Of a DNA stretch of 64,000 nt, positions 40,282-51,134 are shown piece by piece; the stretch's first letter is position 1; each line of letters opens with the position of its first letter. The stretch is taken from NCBI GenBank assembly GCA_965231015.1, contig OZ246408.1, positions 280,158 to 344,157 on the forward strand, in the 5' to 3' direction. Under the pieces are notes generated by a model. It was given only the letters and a program-made list of their open reading frames with translations, did no database searches and was not told where the DNA came from. The translations under genes and the position numbers were made by a program. Source of the stretch: an uncultured Gammaproteobacteria bacterium (lineage in GTDB: Bacteria; Patescibacteriota; Patescibacteriia; UBA9934; CAZDDW01).

Positions 40282-41871
40282 ATGAATATGGAAAACGAAC
40301 GTCCAAAACCAGTTGTGCTTTGTGTGGTAGATGGTTTTGGAGTTGCTCCGCCAAGTGACGGTAATGCTATAACCCGGGCCAATGCTCCAAACCTTCTCCG
40401 TTTTGTTCAGCACTACCCGGTTTTGACTCTTCGAGCGTCCGGAGAAGAGGTTGGTTTAAGTTGGGGTGAAATGGGAAATTCAGAGGTTGGGCATCTGGCG
40501 ATTGGAGCAGGGCGAGTTTATTATCAAACACTTCCGCGAATAAATAAGGAAATCGAAACAGGGGCTTTTTTTGAAAATGAAAAGTTATTACATGCAATCG
40601 AGTATGCGAAAAATAGTGGTGGAGCCCTGCACTTAGTTGGTTTAGTCAGTGAAGGCGGGATTCACTCCATGGATAAACACTGTTATGCCTTGTTAGAGAT
40701 GGCCGCACAACACAAATTAAAAAATGTGTATGTCCACGCCATTCTTGATGGTCGAGATACTTTGTATAACGCGGGGGTTGATTTTATTTCGAATTTACAA
40801 GAAAAAATTAAGGAGCTTAAAGTCGGACAGATAGCAACATTAGCCGGACGGTATTGGGCTATGGATCGTGATAAGCGTTGGGACAGAACGGAAAAAGCTT
40901 ATCAGGCTATGGTTTATGGTGAGGCTGATGAAAAGTGTGAGGACCCGATCGAAGCCATTAAGGCATCTTACGAAAATGAGGTGTATGACGAACAACTGGT
41001 TCCCACTGTTATCACTCAAAAAGGTGAACCGGTTGCTACTGTCACGAATGGAGATGCGGTTATCTTTTTCAATTTTCGCCCAGACCGAGCTCGTCAATTG
41101 ACCAAGGCTTTTGTCCTCCCGACTTTTGATAAGTTTGAACGTGGGTACATGAAGGACTTGGAATTTGTGACCATGACCGAGTATGAATCCGGCTTACCGG
41201 TTGAGGTGGCCTATCCACCGGTGGTACTAAACAACACTTTGGCGGAAGTGGTTTCAGAAGCTGGTTTAACCCAATTGCATATTGCTGAAACAGAAAAGTA
41301 TGCCCACATAACCTTTTTTATGAACGGTACCCGAGAGGATCCTTTTCTTGGTGAGGAACGGGTAATTATTCCGTCGCCCAGGGTATCCAGTTATGATGAA
41401 ACACCGGCTATGAGCTCTAAAGAGTTGACTGATAGGGTAGTAAAAGAAATAAAGGCAGACAAGTTTGATCTTGTGATTATGAACTTTGCTAATCCGGACA
41501 TGGTTGGTCACACCGGAAATTTACAGGCGACTATTAATGCGGTTGAAGCAGTTGATGAACAAGTGGGTCGAATTGCCGAGGCGGTGCTAGCTAAAGACGG
41601 GGTAATGTTTATCACGGCTGACCACGGAAACGCAGAGGAGCTTTTGAATGTTTCAACCGGAGAAATGAGCAAGGAACACTCCACAAATCCAGTTCCGCTT
41701 TATGTTATTGGTCGGCAGTTTGAAGGCACGAGTTCGCCAGCCGGTGAGGTTCCAGGTGGGGATTTATCATTATTACCCCCGATAGGAATGTTGGCTGATA
41801 TTGCCCCGACCGTCCTTAAAGTTATGAACTTACCGCAACCAGAAGAAATGACGGGGCAACCGTTAATATAA
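40282..41871 (+). CDS. gpmI: 2,3-bisphosphoglycerate-independent phosphoglycerate mutase
   Basis: DGFG, MGNSEVGH, DGRD, ETEKYAH, NPDMVGHTG, TADHGNAE. Confidence 0.98.
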   Translation: MNMENERPKPVVLCVVDGFGVAPPSDGNAITRANAPNLLRFVQHYPVLTLRASGEEVGLSWGEMGNSEVGHLAIGAGRVYYQTLPRINKEIETGAFFENEKLLHAIEYAKNSGGALHLVGLVSEGGIHSMDKHCYALLEMAAQHKLKNVYVHAILDGRDTLYNAGVDFISNLQEKIKELKVGQIATLAGRYWAMDRDKRWDRTEKAYQAMVYGEADEKCEDPIEAIKASYENEVYDEQLVPTVITQKGEPVATVTNGDAVIFFNFRPDRARQLTKAFVLPTFDKFERGYMKDLEFVTMTEYESGLPVEVAYPPVVLNNTLAEVVSEAGLTQLHIAETEKYAHITFFMNGTREDPFLGEERVIIPSPRVSSYDETPAMSSKELTDRVVKEIKADKFDLVIMNFANPDMVGHTGNLQATINAVEAVDEQVGRIAEAVLAKDGVMFITADHGNAEELLNVSTGEMSKEHSTNPVPLYVIGRQFEGTSSPAGEVPGGDLSLLPPIGMLADIAPTVLKVMNLPQPEEMTGQPLI

Positions 41872-41873
41872 AT

Positions 41874-42701
41874 ATGCCTGAATTACCAGAAGTTGAAACA
41901 ATTCGTCGCCAGCTTGATAAGGCCATCGTTAATAAAAAAATTAACGATGTTGTTGTCAGATGGGGGAAAAGACTTGAGCCGAGTAAGACAAAGTTTGTCA
42001 ATATGGCCCAGGGTCGAACGGTAAAATCTATCGAACGGCGCGGTAAGTTGCTTCGAATTAATCTCAGCGGCGGTTGGTCCATTTTTGTGCATTTAAAAAT
42101 GACCGGTAAGCTCATGATTAAGCCCAAAGGATCTGTTCCAACTAAACATACCCATGTCATTTTTGTGTTGAGCGGAAAGCATGATTTGCACTGGGAAGAC
42201 GTCAGGAAGTTTGGTTTTCTCAAGTTGCTCTCGAGTAAGGGGGCCGATGAATATGTTGAGTCTTGGCACTTTGGACCCGAGCCGCTTGATCCGAATTTTA
42301 CTTTTGACAAATTTAAAATGTGTCTCGCGGCTTATCCAAAGGCCAAAATTAAACCCAAGTTACTTGAACAAACTTGTATTGCCGGAATTGGAAATATTTA
42401 TGCTGTGGAGTCACTCTGGTCAGCCAAGATCCATCCTTTGGCTCGCATCAAAGATATTCCTGAAGCAAAACTTAAAAAATTATTTCAGGATTTAAAACGG
42501 ATTTTAAAAACTGCTATAGCCGATGGTGGTACTTCAGCTGACAATTATTTTGATGCTTTTGGCGGCGAAGGAAAATATGTACACAAATTAAAGGCCTACA
42601 AACAAGAAGGGAAACCGTGCAAACATTGTCAAACTAAACTAGTCAAAGAAAGGATTGGGGGTCGTGGAACTGTATTTTGCCCCAAGTGTCAAAAAGTATG
42701 A
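41874..42701 (+). CDS. mutM: Formamidopyrimidine-DNA glycosylase
   Basis: MPELPEVE, RRGK, HLKMTG, GIGNIY, C-terminal zinc finger. Confidence 0.97.
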   Translation: MPELPEVETIRRQLDKAIVNKKINDVVVRWGKRLEPSKTKFVNMAQGRTVKSIERRGKLLRINLSGGWSIFVHLKMTGKLMIKPKGSVPTKHTHVIFVLSGKHDLHWEDVRKFGFLKLLSSKGADEYVESWHFGPEPLDPNFTFDKFKMCLAAYPKAKIKPKLLEQTCIAGIGNIYAVESLWSAKIHPLARIKDIPEAKLKKLFQDLKRILKTAIADGGTSADNYFDAFGGEGKYVHKLKAYKQEGKPCKHCQTKLVKERIGGRGTVFCPKCQKV

Positions 42702-43204
42702 ATGATAAAACCGTTGAAAAAGCATTTATAAAATTTGCTTCATCTGGTGTGTTAACCAGGGGGGTGAGTATTTTTGCCGCCCGGTTTTTACTTATCATTA
42801 TGGTAGTCCTGCTGCTGTGTTTTGTGGTTTTGCGGTCTGAAAATTGGTTTTGGCAGGCAGCTTTGGTTTTCGGTGTTTTACTTGTAACCTGGGGTATGAC
42901 CACCCTGATGCAATTTTTCTTTGCTCGACACCGACCTTTTGATGCTGGTTTTAAACCTTTGATCAAACCCTGGATCACCTCACCTTCATTCCCCTCAAAT
43001 CACAGTAGCATCTCTTTTGCGGCGGCTACCTATGGGACATTAATGGTTCCGGAATGGGGATTTTGGCTTTTCCCTCTGGCAACCGTAATTGCACTTTCAA
43101 GAATCGCGGTTGGCGTACATTATTTAAGCGATATTGTTGTTGGGGCTGGATTTGGGGTCACGGTTGCCATTGTTGTCAAAATCATGTTAAATCTAGGTAC
43201 ATGA
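42698..43204 (+). CDS. PAP2-family phosphatase
   Basis: RHRP, SFPSNH, SRIAVGVHYLSD. Confidence 0.9.
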   Translation: MNDKTVEKAFIKFASSGVLTRGVSIFAARFLLIIMVVLLLCFVVLRSENWFWQAALVFGVLLVTWGMTTLMQFFFARHRPFDAGFKPLIKPWITSPSFPSNHSSISFAAATYGTLMVPEWGFWLFPLATVIALSRIAVGVHYLSDIVVGAGFGVTVAIVVKIMLNLGT

Positions 43205-44286
43205 AAGCAGTAATTTTAGCAGGTGGTGGAGGAACCAGACTTTGGCCAATTAGCCGAAAGCAAAGACCAAAGCAATTTTTTAGTTTGATTTCTAAAGAAC
43301 CGCTTGTTCGGGACACTTACCGTCGCCTTTTGCGGAAGTTTTCGAGCGAAGACATTTATTTTGCCGTGAGTCCCGATTTTGTGGAAATGCTCCGTGAGGC
43401 TTTCCCAGAAATTGAGGACGATCACATTATAGTTGAGCCGGCAAAACGTGATACTGGTCCGGCCATGGGATACGCTGCAGCTATTTTAGAGCTCACGGCT
43501 CCGGATGAACCTTTTGTTTTCATTCCTTCAGACCATTGGATCGGGGATGAAGAAAAGTTTCTAAGATCTTTTGATATAGCGGATGACTTGATTAAAAAGA
43601 CAGGCAAGATGTTAGATATTGCCATTGCACCTAACTTTCCTTCGACTGTAGTAGGATACACGAAAATTGGAGAATTAAATCAACAAACAGCCGACGGGAT
43701 TGAGGTTTTTGAGTTTGCCGGACATGTTGAAAAGCCGGACTATGAAACTGCCAAACAATTTTTAGAAGATGGTTCATATCTTTGGCACGCCAATTACTAC
43801 ATGTGGACGCCAAAGTTGTTTATGAATTCATTGGAAGATCATGCACCCAACATTGGTCGCGTTTTACGACATATTCAAACTCGATTGAAAGACGGGGACA
43901 AGGCTGGAGCCGCAGAGCTTTTTGAAGATATCCCGGCCATTTCCATTGACTATGCCATGACTGAAAAAATGGATCCGAAAAACGTATTGATCATAAAAGG
44001 AGATTTTGGCTGGAGTGATATTGGAGCTTGGGATACACTCCATGACCAACTCAAGGGTGAAGCGGATGAATCAGATAATGTAACCCGTGGGCAAGTGGTT
44101 AGTGTTGAATCAAAGAATAATTTGTTTTTTGCTTCAGACGGTAGAATGATTGGTGCGGTAGGAGTTTCTGATTTAGTGGTGGTAGATGAAGGAGATGCAG
44201 TTTTAGTTTGTCCACGGTGTGAAGCACAAAAAGTCAAAGAACTCTTAAGCGCTATTCGTAAAAGTGGCCGCGAAGATCTATTATGA
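43201..44286 (+). CDS. manC: Mannose-1-phosphate guanylyltransferase
   Basis: ILAGGGGTRLWPISR..PKQF, PSDH, SIDYA, WSDIGAW. Confidence 0.92.
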   Translation: MKAVILAGGGGTRLWPISRKQRPKQFFSLISKEPLVRDTYRRLLRKFSSEDIYFAVSPDFVEMLREAFPEIEDDHIIVEPAKRDTGPAMGYAAAILELTAPDEPFVFIPSDHWIGDEEKFLRSFDIADDLIKKTGKMLDIAIAPNFPSTVVGYTKIGELNQQTADGIEVFEFAGHVEKPDYETAKQFLEDGSYLWHANYYMWTPKLFMNSLEDHAPNIGRVLRHIQTRLKDGDKAGAAELFEDIPAISIDYAMTEKMDPKNVLIIKGDFGWSDIGAWDTLHDQLKGEADESDNVTRGQVVSVESKNNLFFASDGRMIGAVGVSDLVVVDEGDAVLVCPRCEAQKVKELLSAIRKSGREDLL

Positions 44287-45317
44287 AATTTATCAAACTA
44301 ACTTTATTGGCTGGCTTGTTGGCTTTCGTTGCCTATGTGGCCATTAGCTCGCAAGTGTATTGGCGAAGTTATGATTCGGAAACAGAACCAGTTTTGATCA
44401 ATGTAGAATCTGGATCTAGTCTCACCCAGGTAGCTCAAATATTAAAAGAGGCTGAGGTGATCGACAGTGTCTTTTTGTTTAAGGCCTACGCAAAGTGGCA
44501 AGGGTTGGATGCGTCCATTCAGGCCGGTGAATTTGTACTGTACCCGGGCATGAGTATTACCGGTGCTTTAGACAGTTTAACTCGAGCAGAGGATAAGGAG
44601 CGGTCTTTAACTTTTCTTGAGGGATGGAGTATGCGTGAAATGGGTTTCTATTTAGAAAATCAAGGAATAGAACAGGCCGAAGGGTTATGGGAGACAGTGG
44701 GATTTCCGGCTCAAGTGGCATCAGAAACCGAGTTCGTGGCTGGGTTACGTGATCAATATGATTTTTTGAAAAGCAAACCAACTAATGTGGGACTGGAAGG
44801 ATATCTTTTTCCTGACACCTATCGATTTTTTACTGATGCCACAGTTGATCAGATTGTTATGAAGATGTTAGCTAATTTTGATATTAAATTAACCGAAGAG
44901 TTGCGGACAGAAATTTACCAGCAGGGCAAGACTATTCATGAGGTTATTACCATGGCTTCGATTATAGAACGTGAAGTACGTGGAGAAGAGGACAGAAAGA
45001 TGGTTTCAGATATTTTTTGGAAGCGCTACGAGGTTGGGATGGCTCTGCAAGCTGATTCCACAGTGAATTATGTCACGGGAAAAGATACTCCGGCAATTAG
45101 TTTTGAGGATCGAGATATTGATGACCCATACAATACTTATCAATACCCAGGATTACCTCCTGGACCAATATCTAATCCAAGCCTTGAAGCGATCGAGGCT
45201 GCTGTTTATCCAACGGACAATGACTATTGGTATTTTTTAACAGACCCGGAAGGGACCGTTTATTATGCTTCAACAAATGATGAGCACGCCACTAATAAGG
45301 CGTTGTATCTTCGCTAG
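44283..45317 (+). CDS. mltG: Endolytic transglycosylase
   Basis: EGYLFPDTY, ASIIERE, LQADST, YNTY..PGLPPGPI. Confidence 0.95.
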   Translation: MKFIKLTLLAGLLAFVAYVAISSQVYWRSYDSETEPVLINVESGSSLTQVAQILKEAEVIDSVFLFKAYAKWQGLDASIQAGEFVLYPGMSITGALDSLTRAEDKERSLTFLEGWSMREMGFYLENQGIEQAEGLWETVGFPAQVASETEFVAGLRDQYDFLKSKPTNVGLEGYLFPDTYRFFTDATVDQIVMKMLANFDIKLTEELRTEIYQQGKTIHEVITMASIIEREVRGEEDRKMVSDIFWKRYEVGMALQADSTVNYVTGKDTPAISFEDRDIDDPYNTYQYPGLPPGPISNPSLEAIEAAVYPTDNDYWYFLTDPEGTVYYASTNDEHATNKALYLR

Positions 45318-46962
45318 CGCTTTGCTGGCACTACTAGTTTTACCAACTCAAGTTGCTCAAGCTCAAGATTATTCCTTTGATGATTTTCGAGTAGGGATTG
45401 TTGTTAACGAAGACGGATCCATGAACGTGACTGAGCAGATTCGGGTTCAATTTTGGGCGGAACGTCATGGAATTTTTAGAGAAATTCCTGTTAAATATGA
45501 CGGCCGGTTTGGTAGTCGCGTCAGCATTGACCTGGAGGTTATTTCGGTTACGGATGATACGGGTAAAGAATGGAATTATGAAACTTATAAAGAAGGGAAC
45601 AATCAGGTAATCAAAATAGGAGATGCTGATACGTTGATTTACGGAACTCAAGAATACAACATTAAGTATCGGGTTGATCGAGCCCTTCTTTTCTTTGATG
45701 ACCATGACGAGCTTTACTGGAACGTGACCGGGACAGATTGGGGTGTGACCATTCCGCGCTCCTCGGTTGCTATTCAGCTTCCGGAGAGTATAAAAAGTGG
45801 AGTTCAAGTTATTTGCTTTACTGGCAGTTATGGAGCAACTACAGAGGGGTGCGATAAAGCGGCCATTGGAAATCTGGTCACGGTAAGCGCAGAAGATAAT
45901 TTAACCGTGGCTGTTTCTTTTCCCAAAGGCCATGTTCAGGAACCGGCTGTTTGGGAAATTATTTTTTGGTTTTTAATTATGAATTGGATTATTTGTGTGC
46001 CGCTTGTGGTTGGCGCAGTTTTACTCTGGTATTGGTGGAAGCATGGACGTGATGAAAGTGGGCGCAAGACAATCATTCCAGAATATGATGCACCCAAAGA
46101 TTTAGGGCCAATGGAGATGGGGACCCTGGTTGATGGAAAGGTACACCCAAGAGATATCTCGTCGGGGGTGGTCAGTTTAGCTGTTAAGGGTTATCTCAAA
46201 ATCAAAGAAGAAGAAAAGAAGAAACTTGTTGGGAAGAAAACAGAATTCAGTTTTGAAAAGTTGAAACCGGCCGATGATAAGTTGAGTTCAATAGAAAAAG
46301 AATTGTTTTCAGGGATTTTTGGAAAAAAGGATCAAGTTGATCTTGATGATCTAAAAACATCTTTTTATAAGACCAAGAATGAAATCCAAAGACAGCTTTA
46401 CAAAGAGATGGCGACTAAGAAATATTTTGTCAAAAATCCAAATACAGTACGGACTACTTTTTTGGTGATTGGCTTGGTCTGTATTTTCGGTTCCTTTATG
46501 ACAGGAGTTTTTGGACTGCCATTTGTTGCTTCCATGATTTTGACAGGAGTGTTGTTCATTGGTTTTGGAGTAATCATGCCCAAGAAAACCAAGTCAGGAA
46601 CACTTGCATACGAGCACGCCAAAGGGTTTAAGATGTTTTTAGAAAAAGCTGAGCGGTATCGAATTCAGTGGCAGGAGCGTCAGAATATGTTTGAAGAGTA
46701 CTTACCTTACGCTATGGTTTTTGGAGTGGCAGATAAGTGGGTCAAGGCTTTCAGCGACAAGCTTTCACAGAGTCCTGATTGGTACGAAGGAAATGTTTCA
46801 ACGTTTAATGCCGCAACATTTGCTAGTTCACTAAACAGTTTCACAAACAATATGAACACCACTACCAGACCCCCAAGTTCAGGAGCGTCTGGCGGGTCAT
46901 CCGGATTTAGTGGTGGGTTTTCCGGTGGTGGATTTGGAGGTGGAGGAGGCGGATCTTGGTAA
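45280..46962 (+). CDS. DUF2207-like membrane protein
   Basis: Signal peptide, HGIFR, ELYWN, LPYAMVFG, Gly-rich GGGGGGSW end; start approximate. Confidence 0.88.
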   Translation: MSTPLIRRCIFASALLALLVLPTQVAQAQDYSFDDFRVGIVVNEDGSMNVTEQIRVQFWAERHGIFREIPVKYDGRFGSRVSIDLEVISVTDDTGKEWNYETYKEGNNQVIKIGDADTLIYGTQEYNIKYRVDRALLFFDDHDELYWNVTGTDWGVTIPRSSVAIQLPESIKSGVQVICFTGSYGATTEGCDKAAIGNLVTVSAEDNLTVAVSFPKGHVQEPAVWEIIFWFLIMNWIICVPLVVGAVLLWYWWKHGRDESGRKTIIPEYDAPKDLGPMEMGTLVDGKVHPRDISSGVVSLAVKGYLKIKEEEKKKLVGKKTEFSFEKLKPADDKLSSIEKELFSGIFGKKDQVDLDDLKTSFYKTKNEIQRQLYKEMATKKYFVKNPNTVRTTFLVIGLVCIFGSFMTGVFGLPFVASMILTGVLFIGFGVIMPKKTKSGTLAYEHAKGFKMFLEKAERYRIQWQERQNMFEEYLPYAMVFGVADKWVKAFSDKLSQSPDWYEGNVSTFNAATFASSLNSFTNNMNTTTRPPSSGASGGSSGFSGGFSGGGFGGGGGGSW

Positions 46963-47167
46963 AGGGCGCTCGGAAATATAATATTGGCACCGTTCGGTCC
47001 GGACGGTGCTTTTGTTTTTTGATGGTGTCAGACCTCACTCATACGTCGACCAAACAAGACCGAATTAGTTAATCAACGATTGATCTGGCAGTTTGGTCTC
47101 CGAATGTGCCTATAATATATTTCCTCGCTTGTGGGGATAGGTGAGGTGAGTTATAATGAGCTCCACT

Positions 47168-49276
47168 ATGGCCAAGGAATTTGTTATAAAAAAGAGTGGA
47201 CCGGCGAGCTCGAAAGTTGATTATGCGACCGAGTTAAATCCGGCGCAGCTAGAAGCAGTCAGGGGAGGGGACGGCCCTTGTTTAGTTTTGGCAGGCGCTG
47301 GTTCAGGTAAAACCAGAACAATCACATACCGAGTTGCATATTTAATCGAACACGGTGTTGATCCGTCGAATATCCTACTACTGACTTTCACGAACAAAGC
47401 CGCGAACGAAATGCTTTCCCGAGTCGAGCAGTTGCTCGAAACTTATCCGGCTGACCTTTGGGGTGGAACATTTCATTCAGTAGCCAATCGAATTTTAAGG
47501 AAATATGCCAAGAAGATCGGATACGATTCTAATTTTACAATTTTGGATCAAGAAGACAGTAAAGATTTGATTAAAGTGTGTATCAAAGATCTCAAAATCG
47601 ATACCAAGGCTAAGCGTTTTCCGTCCCCGGCCGTGATTCAGGGTTTAATCAGCTTTTCTCGCAATGCTTCGGTCTCTCTCGAGCAAGCTATTGAGAAAAA
47701 GCAGCCGAACTTTATCGAGCTCACCGAAACAATTGGTCGGGTAGCTGATTTATACGCTGAGCGAAAGAAACAGGCTAACGCCATGGATTTTGATGACATG
47801 CTCTTGAATTTGCTCGAGTTGTTACGTGAACATGAAGAAGTAAAAGCTAAACTCTCGGAACAGTTCAAGTATATTTTAGTTGATGAGTTTCAGGATACCA
47901 ACACCGTGCAGGCTGAGATTGTGAAACACTTGGCATCGAAGCACCAGAATATTCTTGTGGTCGGAGACGATGCTCAGAGTATTTACTCGTTCCGTGCAGC
48001 AGAGATTCGCAATATTCTAGATTTCCCAAAAAGTTTCGAAGACACTAAAACATATCGGCTTACCACCAACTATCGTTCTACCCCCCAAGTTCTTAAAGTA
48101 GCTAACGCGGTCATCAAACAAAACGCGAATCAGTTTCAAAAAGATCTTGAGGCTGTGGTCGATAATTTCGAAAAGCCAAACCTGGTCCCAACTTCGAACG
48201 CGAAACAAGAGGCAGAATATATTGCTGAACAATTGCTCAGGCTACGGGATGAAGGGGTGCAACTTTCTGATATGGCGGTCTTATTTCGAGCTGCCTTTCA
48301 TTCGCAGGCTTTAGAAATGGAGCTTATGAAGCGTGACGTTCCGTATGAATATCGGGGAGGACTCAAGTTTTTCGAGCGGGCTCATGTTAAAGACGTGGTG
48401 GCACACCTCAAGCTTTACTCGAATCCAAAGGATGAAACTGCCTGGATGAGAGTGCTTGGTCATCAGCCGGGTATTGGACTTGTGACTGCGGGCAAGATCA
48501 TTAATCTTGTAAAAGGACATGACAGTTTGAAGGAAATTGTTCAGGCCGAGATTGACTCCCAGTTGCCAGCTCGAGCCGCTTCGGGTTGGCTCGGGCACAC
48601 ACGTATTGCTAGAAAGCTTGCTTTTGCTAACCCTATGCCGGCTGATCTGATTAGGGCCATCGCGGCGTCAGATTACTACCTGTATCTTGAAGCCGAATAT
48701 CCTGATTATAAAGATCGGTTAGATGACATTGAGCAGATGGCAGTTTATGCAGAAGGGTATGATGATCTTGGAAAGTTCTTGCAAGAGGTAACGTTGAAAG
48801 ATGATTATGGGACAGTGCGAGAAAAGGAAGTTTATGATGATGAATGCCTGGTGTTGTCCACAATCCATCAGGCTAAAGGCTTAGAGTGGAACGCGGTTTT
48901 TATTATGAATCTGACGCAAGGAGGGTTTCCGAATCAACGGGCCATGAATGAGGATAAAGGAGTAGAGGAAGAACGGCGGTTATTTTATGTAGCAGCTACT
49001 CGTGCCCGCAAACATCTATTTTTCACCTATCCTTTAACGAGCGGATATGATACTCTGGTCTTAAACCAGCCTTCCATGTTTTTGGGCGAGATTCCAGAGG
49101 ATTTAATCGAGCAAGTGAAAGTAAAAGAAGAGTTCAGCACATCACGAAGTACGAATAAAGGGTTCAGTAGAAGCGCAGATGATTGGGATGAACCAACCAT
49201 TGTTTTGGATGATGATGGGGAGCGGGTTTCCAAGCCAGTGCCAACTTCATTTTTAAGAGATGTTGATGAGTTATGA
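47168..49276 (+). CDS. UvrD/PcrA-family ATP-dependent DNA helicase
   Basis: AGAGSGKT, TFTNKAA, VDEFQD, GDDAQSIY, TIHQAKGLEW, EERRLFYVA. Confidence 0.95.
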   Translation: MAKEFVIKKSGPASSKVDYATELNPAQLEAVRGGDGPCLVLAGAGSGKTRTITYRVAYLIEHGVDPSNILLLTFTNKAANEMLSRVEQLLETYPADLWGGTFHSVANRILRKYAKKIGYDSNFTILDQEDSKDLIKVCIKDLKIDTKAKRFPSPAVIQGLISFSRNASVSLEQAIEKKQPNFIELTETIGRVADLYAERKKQANAMDFDDMLLNLLELLREHEEVKAKLSEQFKYILVDEFQDTNTVQAEIVKHLASKHQNILVVGDDAQSIYSFRAAEIRNILDFPKSFEDTKTYRLTTNYRSTPQVLKVANAVIKQNANQFQKDLEAVVDNFEKPNLVPTSNAKQEAEYIAEQLLRLRDEGVQLSDMAVLFRAAFHSQALEMELMKRDVPYEYRGGLKFFERAHVKDVVAHLKLYSNPKDETAWMRVLGHQPGIGLVTAGKIINLVKGHDSLKEIVQAEIDSQLPARAASGWLGHTRIARKLAFANPMPADLIRAIAASDYYLYLEAEYPDYKDRLDDIEQMAVYAEGYDDLGKFLQEVTLKDDYGTVREKEVYDDECLVLSTIHQAKGLEWNAVFIMNLTQGGFPNQRAMNEDKGVEEERRLFYVAATRARKHLFFTYPLTSGYDTLVLNQPSMFLGEIPEDLIEQVKVKEEFSTSRSTNKGFSRSADDWDEPTIVLDDDGERVSKPVPTSFLRDVDEL

Positions 49277-49854
49277 GACGTATTCAAAGTTATAAGGGGA
49301 TGAGTCGTCCAAAAAAGAAAAAATTGCCATGGTACTATTTGGTAATTGCTTTAGGAGTTGTTTTGTTTGTGATCGGTTTTGTTTGGTTGCGTTCCGGTGA
49401 CAGAAAACAAGATGTGATTGACGAAATGACAGATGATTTATTCGCCGGTTCAACCGAAACCTTGGAAACTGATATTGAGCCTTCTGTACCAACCATGGAA
49501 GCAAAAGAAACCATTGATTTAGAGGATGTCACCGGAGGAGATTCAGTTGGTATTGCTACTCGAGAAATTCAAGATGGACTATTTAGACATACTGTAAAAG
49601 CAACTTTACCAGATTCAGCTGAAGACGAGTTTTACGAGGGGTGGTTGGTTCGAGGTACACCGTTTGATTTCTTTTCTACCGGTGATATGGTTACAATTTC
49701 AACCGGAGAGTATGTTTTAGAGTGGTTTTCCGGCGAAGCCGGACCAGGCTCTGCCTGGGGTGAATACGCGGACTACACGCAAGTTGTGATTACTTTAGAG
49801 CCGGACGACGGTGACCCAGCTCCGGCCGCCCATGTACTCGAAGGTGAGTTTTAA
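49273..49854 (+). CDS. Membrane-anchored protein with RskA-like C-terminal beta domain
   Basis: N-terminal TM helix; YEGWLV and ITLEP..GDPAP motifs. Confidence 0.65.
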   Translation: MRRIQSYKGMSRPKKKKLPWYYLVIALGVVLFVIGFVWLRSGDRKQDVIDEMTDDLFAGSTETLETDIEPSVPTMEAKETIDLEDVTGGDSVGIATREIQDGLFRHTVKATLPDSAEDEFYEGWLVRGTPFDFFSTGDMVTISTGEYVLEWFSGEAGPGSAWGEYADYTQVVITLEPDDGDPAPAAHVLEGEF

Positions 49855-51071
49855 GCCCAGTCGTCAAAGTGAAAGCCGCTGGAGCGTTCCTTGAACTCGA
49901 CTTTAAGTAAAGAGGCCCGAGTCCAGGAATGGTTGCCGTACCGAGTTTGAATTTTATCCAATGCAGAAACAACCTTCTGCATTTTTTGGTCTTTGGGGAA
50001 CAGATGTATTTGTTCCGGGCCTTGAGTTAGTCGTCCAGCCGTGAGTCCGAGTAGACGAACCGGTTTATTAGGATCTCGAAATTTAGAAATAAGTGACCAA
50101 GCAATTTGAAACAATCTAAGCCCATCGCTTATGGGTGCCGAAAAGCGTTTTATTTGTCCACTACCGGTGAAATCAGCGTAACGCACGTAGGCCGCAATTT
50201 CTCGGCAAAAATAACCTTCACGACGCAGCCGCCACCCAACTTTGTCAGCCAGTCCAAGCAAATTTCGTTTCATCTCGAGCGGATCCCACACGTCGCTCGG
50301 CAGAGTGTAAGAGTGCCCCATGGATTTGGGCTCGTCGCACGTCGCACGTCGCACGTCGATCGGGGCATCATCTCGCCCGTGCGCGGCTTCATGTAACCAA
50401 AAACCGTAACTTTTAAATTCGGATACAAGATCATTGAGCGGATAAGCTCGCAACTGCTCGACCGAGTATATGCCGAGCATATGTAAACGCCTCTCGATCT
50501 TTCGTCCGATTCCACAAAAGTCACTAAGCTCGACCGAATCGAGTAGTTTGGGTACGTCACGCGGTTTGACCACGATTAGTCCGTCCGGTTTTTCTATTTC
50601 TGAGGCCAGCTTGGCAATTAGCTTGTTTGGTCCAATTCCAACCGAGCAGGTGACACGAACTCCACATTCTTCACGGATTCGAGCTTTAATCATCCTGGCT
50701 ATTAATGTTGCACCCATATAATCATGAGCCTGGTGTGTGACGTCGAGAAAAGCTTCATCAACAGAAAATTGTTCAACCTGATCAGTGAACTCGTGAAAGA
50801 TATTGAGAAACGTATTCGTGATGTGGTAGTACTTACTCGAGTCTCCGGAAACCAAAATAAGACTCGGAATAATTTTTCGCGCTTCCCAGTTACTCATGGC
50901 AGTTTTTACACCCATTCGTTTAGCCTCGATTGAGGCCGCTGCTACCACCGCTCGGGACTCTCGTTTCCCGGTGACACCAATAGGTTTTCCACGCAAAAAC
51001 GGATTCGCTTGTTGCTCTACACTCGCGAAGTAACTATTCATATCCACATGCATAATTATCCGTTCATTCAT
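49851..51071 (-). CDS. dinB: DNA polymerase IV (Y family)
   Basis: HVDMNSYFASVE, SVDEAFLD, AKLAS..KPDG, GIG; likely start MNER at 51071. Confidence 0.95.
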   Translation of the reverse strand: MNERIIMHVDMNSYFASVEQQANPFLRGKPIGVTGKRESRAVVAAASIEAKRMGVKTAMSNWEARKIIPSLILVSGDSSKYYHITNTFLNIFHEFTDQVEQFSVDEAFLDVTHQAHDYMGATLIARMIKARIREECGVRVTCSVGIGPNKLIAKLASEIEKPDGLIVVKPRDVPKLLDSVELSDFCGIGRKIERRLHMLGIYSVEQLRAYPLNDLVSEFKSYGFWLHEAAHGRDDAPIDVRRATCDEPKSMGHSYTLPSDVWDPLEMKRNLLGLADKVGWRLRREGYFCREIAAYVRYADFTGSGQIKRFSAPISDGLRLFQIAWSLISKFRDPNKPVRLLGLTAGRLTQGPEQIHLFPKDQKMQKVVSALDKIQTRYGNHSWTRASLLKVEFKERSSGFHFDDWA

Positions 51072-51134
51072 ATCTGTGTGTTCATATCTGCCCACTGAAG
51101 CTTTAGCGAGGGTGGGTCGATGTGCATGATGATT

